From Takakia lepidozioides (lineage: Eukaryota; Plantae; Bryophyta): a stretch of 64,000 bases of DNA. How positions within the stretch are numbered: the first letter of the stretch is position 1; each line of letters begins with the position of its first letter. The position numbers were made by a program, and so were the translations under genes. The stretch lies in the NCBI GenBank assembly GCA_030704615.1, contig CM060731.1:16678001-16742000 (forward strand), in the 5' to 3' direction. Shown in pieces: positions 38,171-51,500 of this stretch. Under the pieces are notes generated by a model, which was not told the DNA's origin, searched no databases, and was given only the letters and a program-made list of their open reading frames with translations.

Positions 38171-38249
38171 TGTTTTTTTTTTCCTTAGAAATCCAGGGAC
38201 TCGCCGTGTTGCGTTTTGTTTTTAATTTTTTAATCATGAAGCGGCGTCT

Positions 38250-38472
38250 GGCCAGCCACGTGGCGAGGTGCCACGGGTCAAGAAAAACGAAACAAATGGG
38301 ATGGGGGGAGGTGGTTTTGAACCCTTGACCTCTCCCATGTGGGTACGCGTGGCGAGGTGTGACTGGTCAGTCGCGCCGCGCTGACACGTGGCGAGACGCC
38401 ACTGGCCTGTCGCGCCTTTTCAAGCATAATGCCATTTTTTTTCGGGGGGGGCTTGTAGGCGCTTATATAAAC
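38250..38472 (+). promoter_or_regulatory. Putative promoter (G-boxes + TATA) upstream of the kinase-like remnant
   Basis: CACGTG at ~38257 and ~38385, TATATAAA at 38464, ATG at 38763. Confidence 0.3.
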
Positions 38473-38762
38473 CATTCCCCCCTCCTTTTCTGATCACTTT
38501 TGTCTCTCTCGTGGTGTGGTTCCTTGGCATCTGGTAGTCCTTTCGGACTTCGTTGCTGGGCATTGCCAACGGGAGGTGCAAAAGTGATTATTGGGGGGGG
38601 GGGGGGGGAGTTTTTGTCAGTTTTGTATTGGTCAGTCCCACACTCTTGTTCATGGTTCAATCATCGTATCACCATTTTGTCGTTTTCGGATCTCCGACGG
38701 CCTGTTTTGTTCATTGCCGTTTTCTGAGGTTTTGGACCCTGCAATGGGCAAAGGTTTATACA

Positions 38763-39660
38763 ATGTCGGGGGTTGTGAATTCAGGTTCTGGGGCGGGGTC
38801 ATCTTGGGGTCGGAGGAAGAGAAACCGTGCCCACGAGCGGGATAGCCAGGTCAACAAGCCAGATTACCCGGGACTGGATGCCTTAGATAGGGTGAAAGAA
38901 GTGGTAGTGGATTATTTCAAGGGTAGGGACATGATGAGGCTGGAGAGTGCTTATGTCAGGCATGGATGGGACGAGTTTCAAATTTTCCAGCAAAATATGG
39001 AGAAGAAAATGACACATGATGAACCTTGACAGAAAATGGGGCAACGATTCGGACAACAGGGTGATTTTGGAACAAAGGGGAACGGAAGCAGAGTTCCATG
39101 AATGCGATCGCTTGCTTCGTTTCCGGAAAGTGCGCAATAAACTTGCATGGGCACTGGTGTGCATCATGGATGCTGTCCACAAGAATGATGTCCAACACAA
39201 CGACTTGTCCCCCGACAACATCTTGTTGCATTTTCCAGATGGCACCAAGGAGATCAAGATTGGGGTGTGTGATTGGGGCTTAGCCACCCCACTGGGCATA
39301 CGCAAAGCTTCGCCGTACCAGTTTGAAAACCAAGACAAGCTGGACCGGGAACTCGCGAAAAGATGGTGGATGGAAAAAGATATTGCATCGGTTTTCAATG
39401 CGAATGCCCCCCCCATGACATGACGTCGGAGGCCTTTGCCGTTGGAAAGATAGCGGTACGAATAAATGGCGGCGTTCATTATGATTGAAGTATGTTCGAG
39501 GACCAATTGACGGGAGGTTGTTGGCATTCAATGCTACAAAGGTTGTACGACAACAACAAGAATGAGAGAGTCACATTAGCCCATGTAGTACTTCAGTTCA
39601 TGGGCAAGCCATTCAATTGACCTGAGCCGAAAGACGTATATAGGACGGACTAGACCATAG
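38763..39660 (+). pseudogene. Protein kinase-like remnant (C-lobe only)
   Basis: Catalytic loop HNDLSPDNILL, DWG (DFG equivalent) and downstream SEAFAVG (subdomain IX-like). No Gly loop or VAIK motif seen; frameshifted. Confidence 0.75.
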
Positions 39661-39730
39661 TCTCGTAGATATGAGATTTGCGGTACAAGGGTTGTTTTAT
39701 GAAGACATAACTCAATTTTGATCGTGCATG

Positions 39731-40277
39731 TAATAAATAAAGTCTCATTGTAAATACTACATTGCATATGCTCGACCCTGGCACCTGTCATCGCAACATA
39801 AATGGTTTGAGTACTGGCTCACTGTTTATATTTGTAATGTTCCAAGGTTTCGGATAGGGTTATGAGAAAACGATGTATTAGTTCAGTAGGAGTTAGACAA
39901 CAAACGTCTCACATCTCATTCAACTGTGCGACACTACCATGAGAGGCATAGATCGGAAAGTAATAAGTGCACATGCGACCTCGGAACGTTTGATACTAGG
40001 TCCAACGAAGGTCTACTTGAACGTGCGGAGGTCGCATGTACACCTATTATTTTTTATCCATGCCACTCATGGTACTGTCGCACAGTTGAATGAGATATGG
40101 AACGTTTGTTGTCTAACTCCTATGGAGCCAATATACCATTTTCTCAGTACCCTGTCAGAAACATTAAAACATTCGAAGTTACAAACAGTGCCACAATACA
40201 TGGCCGGTTTTGTTGAAATGACATCTGTGAGGTTCGAGCGTATGCAATTTATTATTTACAACGGAACTTTATTTACT
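39731..40277. repeat. ~550-bp imperfect inverted repeat (foldback)
   Basis: The reverse complement of 39888-39953 closely matches 40056-40121, and complementarity extends inward to ~40000 and outward to ~39731/40277. Confidence 0.88.
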
Positions 40278-41361
40278 CGGGGGGACCGGTACTGCTGCTG
40301 GAGCGCAACTGATGGTGCGAGTTCTTTATTGATTAGAGTTGTCACAACCAATGTCAACAATCATATTTACGGTAAAGGTGTTTCATGCTATTGTTGTTCT
40401 TCTAGCTGAATTCTGTAGTACTCTTTTTGCTATTCCCATGTCAACGTCCTCTAAGACTGTCATGTTCAAACGGACGTATCAACCACCCCGGCTAGCTTGT
40501 AGTCTGCAGCCATGGCCCATTGAATGAATTGGAGATTTTGTGCGAAGTTCCTGGTTTCATGTCCGTGGTGGCTGATACGGAATTCGGAATATGGCAGTCG
40601 CAGTGGACGTGATGTTGTTGGCATGAGAGTAGCAAAACAATTCCTAAAGAATTCAGCTACATGAACATCGGTAGTATGAAACACCTTGCAGTCCAAATGA
40701 TTCTTGAGATTGTTTGCATAGATTATTTGTGTTTGTGCTTTCAAGTGACGAACATTTCCGCCATGGTGCGGAAGAGGTGCATTGGCCACATTAAACGGTT
40801 GATGTGATACCATTTCACAAATGTATCACATCGCATTTGTGAAAATATATCACATGAACCGTTCCATGTGGCTTACGGAAGTCTTCGATGGGTACGAGAT
40901 CAATGTGGCCTACAAGATCTGCTTCCACCAACAAACATGTGATCATTTCAGAAGCGCTAGAACTTTGAAGCGACGATGGGCAAGGTTCTTCATCCAAATG
41001 TTCAACATGCTGAGGTCTTCTGTAATGTTTCTTGCTTCGTAATGAGGTGTTTCTCCAACTCTTATTTTTCAAATGTTCATATCTTCCATCTGGAACATAT
41101 CCACACATGCGTATATAAAGACTTAAAAAACCAAATGATCATCAAACTGGAAGCTAGGGATGAGGCTTACAAAAGTGGAGATGGTCATTTGTTTTTTTAA
41201 GGATTTCTGCACACATGTGTGGATCTGTTCCAGGTGGAGAATATCAACATATTGGATAAAGTGGACATGGAGCAGTACCGCATTACGAGGCAAAAGATAC
41301 TACAAAAAGAGCTTCAAAGGGCATACCATGTAACAGGTCCCAGTATAATCGAAGCGATTGA

Positions 41362-41720
41362 ATGGTTGCCCATCCAAATGATTTTCGTTTGCTTTCAATC
41401 TTTGCCACTATGTTCAACATACCATGTATCAGGTCCTGGACTACTATGAGATCAATCGAAATTCATTCGATGGCTCAACGGATGGTTGGCCATCGAAATG
41501 ATTTTGGTTCGCTTTGAAACTTGGCCACTATGTTCAATGTGTCATGTAAGAGGCCCCAGAGTAATATGAGATCAATCAAAATTCATTCAATGGGCCAACG
41601 GATGGTTGCCCATCCAAATGATTTTTGTTCGCTTTCAAACTTGGCCAGTGTGTTCAATGTACCCTATGATACGTCCCAGTGTAATACGAGATCAATCGAA
41701 ATTCGTTCGATGCTCCAATG
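41362..41720. repeat. ~120-bp tandem repeat, 3 copies
   Basis: ATGGTTG(C/G)CCATC.AAATGATTTT at ~41363, 41482 and 41602; GAGATCAATC(G/A)AAATTC at the same period. Confidence 0.9.
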
Positions 41721-42195
41721 AGGCGTTCACTTGCATCTGGTTTTTGTTCAATGCGAAAAAGAAATCCTGCAATGCGTGCACGGCTATTGCACCCATTGAA
41801 CACATGTGGTTGAAGCCCCTCTTTTGCCCGCATGTGTGCAACACATGTGTGAGACACAACAGACGAATAAATCATTTGCCTCCCCATCGACGCACTCCCC
41901 CTCAACCCATTCCACAATTTAATTGAATTTAAATTTATTTTAAGCCAATAAATAGGTTTGCACTGCCTTCATTGGGGGTTTCTAGCACGTATCGATTTTG
42001 TTTTTGGCTCAATTTTGTTCTGCGGCTTCCAGCATCCCACCGCTACTCCCCCGCCAAAATTTGGACCAATAAAAAATGCCCGAAAAAAAAAGTGTTCTCT
42101 TCGCTCACTATTGCAGAACTCTCTATGAAGAGTGCGTGAAATAGAACACAAATCAAGTTTGGAGTGCAAAACATATTTTAATTATTTTGAAAATG

Positions 42196-42532
42196 AAGCG
42201 ACCGCCGTTACTAGCGGTCGTTTTTTTGCTTTTTGGAGGAAAATGGAGCGACCGTCATTAGAGGCGGTCGCCGCTATTGTTGTTTTTTGTAATTGCAGCG
42301 ACCACCATTAGTGGCGGTCGCTTTTATTTAAATTTGGTTGGAAATGGAGCGACCGCCATTTGTGGCGGTCGCTTCTACGAAGTGTGCCCTGCGCATGGAG
42401 CGAGGAGTGAGGCGGGGGGAGGGGGGCATATAAGCTCCGACTCATTCTCTCCTCACTTCCAATACAGGCGGTTGCTTGAAGTTTTTTTTTTGTTTTTATA
42501 AATGCAGCGACCGCCATTATTGGGGGTCGTTG
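42196..42532. repeat. Second array (~5 units) of the GCGACCGCC/GGCGGTCGC palindrome
   Basis: Units at ~42196, 42247, 42297, 42348 and 42506. Confidence 0.9.
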
Positions 42533-42569
42533 TAATTGTTCTTTTTTAAAATGCCCAACGCTCGTTTCA

Positions 42570-43110
42570 CCGTGAGGAGCTGGTTACAAAACTCCTTGCC
42601 CTGATCTGTTAGTATCTCCCGAGGACACCCATGCCACATAAGGATCTCATTAAAGAAGAACTGAGCTACAACATCACTAGCCTTGGAACGCAAAGGCCGG
42701 ACTTCTACCCACTTAGTCAAGTAGTCGGTAGCAACACAAAGGTAGCTTCGACCCTTTGATGTGAGTGCGAGGGGTCCTACCAAGTCAATGCCAACACGAG
42801 CAAAAGCATGGGTGACAGACAAAGGTTGCAGCTCATACAAGATCCGGGCCCTAGGGAGAGCAATGTTAGCACGACAACCTTCACACTTAGAGATGAACGC
42901 GGTGACGTCTCGGTGAATTCCCAGCCAATAGTATACCTCTTGGATGCGGGCCACAGTTTTCTTGATACCAAGGTGACCTGCATACAAGGAACAATGGAAA
43001 CGCTCCAATAAAGCATTCAGCTGGCTCCGTGGTGGCACCTCCAAGTAGCATGACACTCCCCCACGCACTCGGGCGAACCACTCGCTGTGAGGCAAAGGTA
43101 GTACCCACAC
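42570..43110 (-). pseudogene. Gypsy-type integrase fragment (HHCC + first two catalytic Asp), 3'-truncated
   Basis: FH...AGHLGIKKT...YYW...CEGC, VGIDLVGPL, ATDYLTKWVE, ILTDQGKEF. Confidence 0.9.
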
Positions 43111-43428
43111 CCCAGACTACTAGATTAGACGACTGCACTATCAAGGCCCCACCCTTCAGACCATCAACCAACTGTGAATAAGTAGGCGCCAAGGTGCAGG
43201 GCCGGAGCTGAAACCGTAGTGCCCTCGAGATCAAAGCCCCCGTGCCTTGTAATATTAACGACAACCAACTTCGCCCTACCACACCAGGGCCATGATGAAG
43301 CTCCGCACTTCGAACACCAGAGAGAGGTAAATACAAACCAACTTCTAACCAGGTCAATTCGCGATGGTGCTGAAAACGCAACTTGATCGTTCTGGACGGT
43401 AGACGTTCTTCGTTGCGTAACTCAAATT

Positions 43429-43857
43429 CTCACCTAGCAAGCTGTCTGGCTCTGGACACTACCGCACCAGGCTCAAGCAAAGGTCTCGTGAACAGGGCCT
43501 CGTGATGACTGGTTAATGCAGCAAGGTCACCCACGACAGCTCTTTCTATATACTCAAACCAAAGTTGATCCTCACCTAGCAAGCTGTCTGGCTCTGGACA
43601 CTACCGCACCAGGCTCAAGCAAAGGTCTCGTGAACAGGGCCTCGTGATGACTGGTTAATGCAGCAAGGTCACCCACGACAGCTCTTTCTATATACTCAAA
43701 CCAAAGTTGATCCTCACCTAGCAAGCTGTCTGGCTCTGGACACTACCGCACCAGGCTCAAGCAAAGGTCTCGTGAACAGGGCCTCGTGATGACTGGTTAA
43801 TGCAGCAAGGTCACCCACGACAGCTCTTTCTATACACTCAAACCAAAGCTGATCCTC
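43429..43857. repeat. Near-perfect 142-bp triplication
   Basis: CTCACCTAGCAAGCTGTCTGG at 43429, 43571 and 43713. Confidence 0.97.
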
Positions 43858-45534
43858 GTGACATATCTCACACAACAAATCATCTACTTCCTGCGACAAC
43901 TCAATATCCTTCTCTAACTCTGCTGCCTGCTGCCTACTCTTGAAATATTCAGGTCCAGGATCAACAAAGTTGTTAAAATCATATTATTCCGGGTCACAAC
44001 TATCTAGAGAGTTGTCAGATTTCTCAAACCTTGGCGACCACGTCTCTGCCTCATCTAAATTGTCATAATCACTACCATCATGAGAACCCAATGAAACAAC
44101 AAGGGGTGGAACACAAGTGGTTGTTTCAAGGAGAGGCGACGCTCGCAAGGCAACACTACCAGGCCGCGCGCTGTCGGCCGTGTTAGCAACAACAAGAACG
44201 TTGCCAGAGTTAGAAACGACAGGGTTGGTTTCAACAACAGGAGGAGCCGGCTTTATACGCCAAAAAAATATACTACGGATGTGTATCGCTGTTTCAGATG
44301 AAACGGGCCATTTCTAGGCTAAGCAAAAATGGGGCTTTACAAGCCTTCAAGAAAGGTTCGCTCCCACCTATATCACGCTTGTACACTAACTACCCCAAAT
44401 TGGCTCTTGAACCATCCTCCATTTAATATCTGTCACCTTTCGATCTCCTTTTTGGACTTTGGACCCCTTACACAATGGTTATTTCTGCAAATCCCTGTGT
44501 GGCTTACTCTATACCGCCCTTTTTAATTCCTGGACCATCCTTTAATCGACAAGGCCCGCACAACTCTGGGGGCCTCATTTCATTGTAGGGGTGATGTATA
44601 CCGTTATTTTTGAAAGTGAAAGGGGGAGTTGCCAAGTGTTTAAGAATGGGTGGCAGGCTGTATCTGTTGGACAGAGAATGTACAGTGGCACTCCTGACAC
44701 ACCACCCTGACAGCATCATCACAGCGTTGTACAAGAAAATTACAAACACATGCACTCAATACCACTCAACCTGAAGGGTAGTCTATGCATGAGGACTGTG
44801 CCAAGAAACCATGGAAAGATGCACCTCCACGTTTGAGTGGTCAATAAGGAAGACTCCTGTAATACCACCACATACTTCTCCCTGTGCATGATGAGTCGAA
44901 AACACTATGTACCATTCACTTTAATAGGTTCCCTAGCATTGCTTCAAGGCTGGAACATCCCACATTGACCACAAGATCACATACACATTAATCCTTTCTA
45001 TTCTATATCCATCATTTGTTGATTTGTGGTGCCATCTGGAAGCACATAAGTGGAGTTCATACAACCCACAGAAGTAACTCCCATTGATCAGAAGTGTTTT
45101 CGCTGTCCTAAGCATCCGTAAGCAGCTTGACACTCGGACATTCCATCATGTACACAACTTCATCAAGTAGATTTCTTGATTGCAAAACAATTCTGTACAC
45201 AGATGAAGTTGGTGCATGCACTATGACACCAACTCTCCTTAAGATAACAATTTTGCTTACAGTGGACTATTTGAAAGAATCAAAATGGTGAACACTCGCT
45301 GGACATCATAGCAACTCTGAGATTATAGCTTTAGCCAGCATCAAGTCGTTAAACTGCACCTGTACTTGAGACCTACAGGTTGAATGACTTCACCAGTAGA
45401 ATGTAAACTGGGATAGGCGCTGCGGTGAAATTACTAAGGTGGGACAAGCCAGTTCAATCAACATCCTTAGGCAGCTATTTCAATGCAGCCACTATCCAGT
45501 GGCATCAATTTTTACTAAGATACCTGAAACCCAG

Positions 45535-48500
45535 CTAGTTATCAGTGTGTGGTTGTAAGAAATGGAAGGCTGCATTATTCCGTAGCAAAGGTGGAGGGTC
45601 AACTTCTGTCATGTCCACCTCAGGCATGGACTTTGAAATATCATCTACAGAGAAAGGAATGCTGCAACAACATCCAACAGACATGATCAGAGCCGCCTTC
45701 CTAAATACACTTGAGTTCATAGAGTGCTAGGGTCCACCAGTCAATAATGTGTTCGCCAGAAGTTGCTTTCTACGGTTTGTCTTTTCTGCCAGAAACTTGC
45801 ACACACTATATTTCCAAAAAAAAAAAACAACTGTGCATTTTACAGTCCTGTTTGTTCAGTCGTCGTCCGCTATCATCTCTACACTATTCTACAGAAAGCA
45901 TACCTGGAGTCATCATCCAACAAGAAGGAGTTGCTGACAGCACTGTTGGAGTCCTCTGTCATTAAAACCCTCATGTTTGCTATAACCTGTAGCACACCCC
46001 CCCCCCCCCACGACAGCCGCTTACTTTAGTCCAGGTGAATGGAATTACCACACAATTGCCAATGAGACAACCAAAGATCCAGTTGTCTTACAAGCAGCGA
46101 GAAGGAAGGGAAAGATGCAGCAGCAAACATTTTCTATTCATCTAAGTAGAATCAAGGGAACGATGTGGAGAGTTGTCCACAACTTGTATGCTCACACCAA
46201 AAGCTGTGTCACTGTTAACGGACAGAAGTCCAACTTCTTTGACATAGACCATGGTGTAGCTCAAGGATGTACTCTCTCCCGTCTGCTCTTCAATGTTTTC
46301 ATCAATCAACTCCTCGAGGATGTGGAAAGTGAGGGATTTGGGTTAAGGGTGGGTGATACCACCATACCAGCCCTTATGTTTGCGGATGACTTCGCAGGCA
46401 TAGGGGAGACTCCAACCAATCTCCAGGAGTTGATTGATTGCGCGAAGAGATACTTTGATCTTTGGGGGCTAGAGGCTAATGTCAGCAAATGTGCAGTGGT
46501 AGCATTCAACGACAGAGGGGAGGGAGGAAGCGATCTTAAGTGGCAGTGGGGTAGCCAAGAGATCCCGGTCCTCCCTTCCTACACTTACCTGGGCGTTGAG
46601 TTTTCCTCCAATTGTAATTAGGATGCACATATCCGGAAAGTTGTTCAAACTGGCAAGGGCAAAGCTCTGGGGCTCACTAAATTTTTCCACTGCAGAGGGG
46701 TCAACTCTGAGGTTAAGAAAACCATGCTTTGTCGCGTTATTAGACCTGCCTTGGAGTATGGATCTGCTATATGGGTTGATAACTCCAACCAGGCTAAGTC
46801 TCTAGAATCCATTCAAGTGGGGGTGCTTAAGGAGTGTATGTCAGCATGCTCCAAAACAGCCAATGTGGCTGTTCGGGGTGAGTTTGGCATTCTGTCCTTA
46901 AGCTCCCGTCGAGATGAATTCAAGGTCAGGTGGGGTCAGCTGCAACATATGCCCAACACCAGATATCCTAAGTTAATCGACTCTATATCTTGGAAACAGG
47001 ACCGCCCTGTCAAACAGGCTAAGTCCTGGCAGAAGAGAGTAGAAGAGATTCTCAAGGACCTGGACCTGGATCCGCAAGTCTTGACCCTGCTGGATAAATC
47101 TGACTCAGAGGCTGTAGTGTCCTCAGCCATGTCTGTTGCCATGAGATTGTCTGATGAAAATGAAGTTAGGCAGAAAACTTCCCTGAACTTGTTTCCAGTC
47201 AGTGACATGGGGGAGGACATCTTGGATGACCTCAAGGGTCTACCCACTCTCGGCACTAGACTGAAATTTAAACTCAGGGCAGGAAGCCTACCTTTGAACA
47301 GCAAACAGAAGCAGAGAGGAAAGGGAGGGTGCAATTGCCCGCTGTGTGGGAAATCTGAAGACAGTATTCACTTTCTGATACACTGTCCAGGGTTCTCTCA
47401 CCAAAGAGACGCTCTCTTCAATTCTATCAAGGGAATTGTGCCTGTACCCCTGTTTAACAACTTTGAAAGTCTCGAGGCTGAGCCAAAAGCCCAGGCCCTC
47501 CTGAGGCCTAGTTTTTGGGCAAATCACACACAGCAGATTGATGCTTGTGTGAAGGGATTTCTAGAGGATATCTGGAAAACCCCGGATTAATTCTATATAT
47601 GATGGTAAGTCACACTACCAACGTCAGCCCCTGACAGAGGTAGGTTCTGTCCCTTTTGTTCCCGCTCAAACTGGGCGCGGGGTCAATGGCCACAAGGCTA
47701 CGGCAAACAACGTCTTATGAGTACAATCTATTCATCTAAATAGCCTTTAGAAGAACCATACCTCGGGTGACACACTGTGAGTGCCATACTTGTCGTCCCA
47801 GTACATAGTACTGATACGATAAAGCTGCTGCACACTCAACACCTGCACCCACAAACCCTGTGAATAGGCACATCTACCTATCTTCATACCAGATCTTGTC
47901 AGCCATCATGGCCCACCTAAATCTTTATATGATCTGTGGATAGACAACCAGGCATATCACATTTCCACAGAACGCAGTTTGCTGGAGATGTTCTTGAGCC
48001 AGGTAGCCTTCACAAACGTAGGGTCTGAAAAGGAGGAAAGTAAATCCTTTCATGTTACTCAAAAATAGATCTACATACCGGGCACAGGTCATGTGTGATC
48101 TCATCGAGTGACTTCTTAGGTTTTTGATGGATGACCTGCCAAATCATTCCAACAAGGAAGATATCAGTAAAAATGTACAAGTTCAAACTTTACATGCTCA
48201 TAGCCATGGGTAAGGAACAAATTAACCACTTTGTTGAATATCATGCATAGGATGAACTTCAGCCACCGTTAGCTTTAAAATTCATGTTGGGAGAGAAACA
48301 TTTATACCAGAAACCCAACTGCCTGTCGAATGTACTTGAGCTCATCCCATGAGGACCCTCCATACTGGTACATACCACTGGTAAGTTAGTCTGCTGCTCA
48401 AACTAATGGTAGCTTGTGGGGGTAGAAATTTGACATCTACATGACACATACAGGATATTACCACATGAAGTCAGCTCCATGAAATACAAAGTATCCCAAC

Positions 48501-51500
48501 ACCCTACAGTTTACTATAGTATCTGATGCAAGATTGTTATTCGACACACAAGTGTTGCTAGCAGTCCACAAAGTGAAGCGGCCTGCATAAAATGTCTTTC
48601 TTGTGAGTTAGTAGGTACATCCTTCCTGCATAGTACTAATCAGAAAACCCATCACAGTGGTTACGGACATGATCTAGATCAAACTGTAGTACAAACAGTC
48701 AATTAAGGCTAAATGACTGCATTTCTGGGGCTTCCAAGGTTGTTATTCAGGTTTTTGGTTTGTAAAGTTTCATCTGGGTGTGTTCCCTATCCATTCTCCG
48801 ACAGAAAAGACAAAGTAAAAGGGAGAGGGATGGACCTCCTCCCCAGCTTCATAGATCCAGTGCTCAAGCTCTGCAAGACCAGCTTTTACATACTCCCCAT
48901 TGCTAAATGAGCAGCACTCTCTTCGCAGAAGCAGACTGCCAGCCAATATACATACATCCGGTGAAGACACTAAAGATGTAAGTACCCACTGTTAAACAAA
49001 TCAACAACCATGAGAGCACTATGCCAAACTGCAAGGCAACTAGAAAGTAAGACGAGGAAGTGAATTTAGAAGTTAAAGCTCACCACCAGCACCCTGAAGG
49101 CACACTAGCATCACCTGACCTTTACAAAGGGCTGCACCGGGTTCCTTACAGAAGGCCAACAGTGCAATGAGGATAGAACACATTCAGTGCGTGGGTGGCT
49201 AGCTACATCATAGCAACATCAGTAGACGGGACTCCTGGAAAGCTGTGTTTAGTACACTTCAAATGTGGGAAGGACAAAAAAATGGTGTTAGAATCCACCA
49301 TATTGTAAAAAATCCACAGCTTAGTTTATTCAAATGTGCACACACAATGGCTATCAGAGGGAAATTGCACCAAACAGCCAAAAACATTCATAAGACCCAC
49401 CTGTTGAAAAGCTGTACGTTGATGAATGAGAATATTTGTGTGAAGAGCTTGCGCGCCAGAAATGGAGGCACCTGCATTTTCCATGACCATCCCACCCCAT
49501 TATATTTTATTTCCTGCAAGTGCTCGGTACAGATTCAAGGAGAAGAGGGTCTCCAGGTAGGGAAGAGGAGTTATCACCTCCACAAGTGTCAAATGTAGCT
49601 ATGGGAGGACAAGAAAGTTACAAATCAGATGTCTGTCACCCTTGATGAACTTGACAGATAACCAAGCTCCCGGACTTCTGTTTGGTACTGGGCCAGTAGC
49701 CAATAATTCGGCAACTTGACAACATGTTGGGTCATTAGGTCTCCCAGCATTGAACTATTTCTGGTTGGTAGGAGTCTAGTGCTCTGCAAGCTGAAGCACG
49801 CATAATTCCTGAAAAGAACACCCACAGGAAGAAGAAGAACAAGGGAGAAAAACTCACGTGATTGGCACGCATGGTGTTGAGTAAAGTGCTGAGGCTTGTG
49901 ATGATGCTGTGCCAATGGCTGCTTAGTGTTTGCTGTGCACTTACATTTGCACTCGGAGAGCGAGAAGAAGTCTTGCCTAAACTTGCCCTGGAGGTTCTTG
50001 GTGCCTGTAAAATACCCGAGCAAGAATTAAATAGTCAGAGATTGACTGGTTGTTCCTCAGAAGAAAACAAAATGAAATAGCTTGGCTGATCGAGTCACTC
50101 CCAATTCTCAGTCTCTCTCCTTGCACCAGCCTGCTGTGACACACTTCATACAACCACAGCTATGGAGGTGTTAAACTTCAAGCATAGGACAAACCAGTTA
50201 CACCTAATCCTCAATGTACCCGAAGTTGGAAATATGGCATTGTAAATCATCAACAATAAACAAGACACTCCCCACAAACTACTTCAGGGAAAGCGTACAA
50301 AATCAGACCTGGATGCAAAGGCCAAGCAATGGCGAGATCTCCTTTTTCAGGTTGTCACGAATCATGCCATATATCTTTTCAACATAAGCAGTTAGCTGTT
50401 GCTTGAATAGCAAAGCAGGATATTTTGCTTCTACTTGCCGCAACATATCTAATCCACCCATTATGCCTCCATTTGCAAAGGAAACACCTCCTGGAGTGGG
50501 TGATGACCGAAAACCCTGATAGCCACATCTTGGTGTCAGAGACAAATTATCAAATTGGAAGAGGACCTAAGACAAGACTAAGATAATAAATAAGCCTCCA
50601 ACTGATTGCCGCTTCTAGAAATTGAACAATACAGGACATGAATACCGCTATCAGACTCTTGATCGAAGTCCAAACACTAATGACTGTTTGCTTGATATCA
50701 AGGGACACCCTGACAATGGTGGCAAATGCAATACTGAGTAAAGCCCACTGTAGCAAAAGACCACCCCACTCACTTGTGTCATCCTGCCAAACAGTGTAAC
50801 GGAACTGGGACGGCGCCGTTGGGGCGCTCCCCCAGCAGCCCCACTTGCTTTCAGGGTACGTTGCAAAAGGAATAGCAAAGTCGAGGTATTAGACAGCCAA
50901 TACGCCAGCACATCATTGTTCTCCTGGCTCTGTAAACAGACAAGCAACAATACATTATGCATTTTCATACAAACATACCTAGGAAAATCATGACTACAAA
51001 CTTGCAATTACAAAAAGTTTGAGCAAGATAGAAAGGTTTGAAGAATACAATGCAACATACCTCAATGGCAGTACCAATAGTCTGAATAATTCGATCAAAC
51101 ACGTTCGTCCTCTCGGCCTCAAATGAGCGCCATTGAAGTAATGACTTGTAAAGTATGCACGCTGCCACAGGCCTATCATGGCTGAACCCAACATCCTGCA
51201 TTACACACTGCAGCAGCGAATCTTGATTCTCCTGCAGGAGCCACAAAACAAGCACAAAGTAATGAACCAGGTTGATAAGTCTTTAGAACTCTGTACCAAA
51301 ACAATTCAATGTAGCCATCCATCCTCAGCCACATGAGCACGTTTACAAGAAGGGACCATGAGTCAACTATTGTATAAGCACAATGTAAGCAGCGAAAATT
51401 TACTGCAGAAAACTGGCACGCAGTAAGAGTTCAAGCAGGGCCAAAACCCATGAAAACTGTAGAAGTACCTGTTGGCGGTCAACGAGCAACTTCTGTCGCC

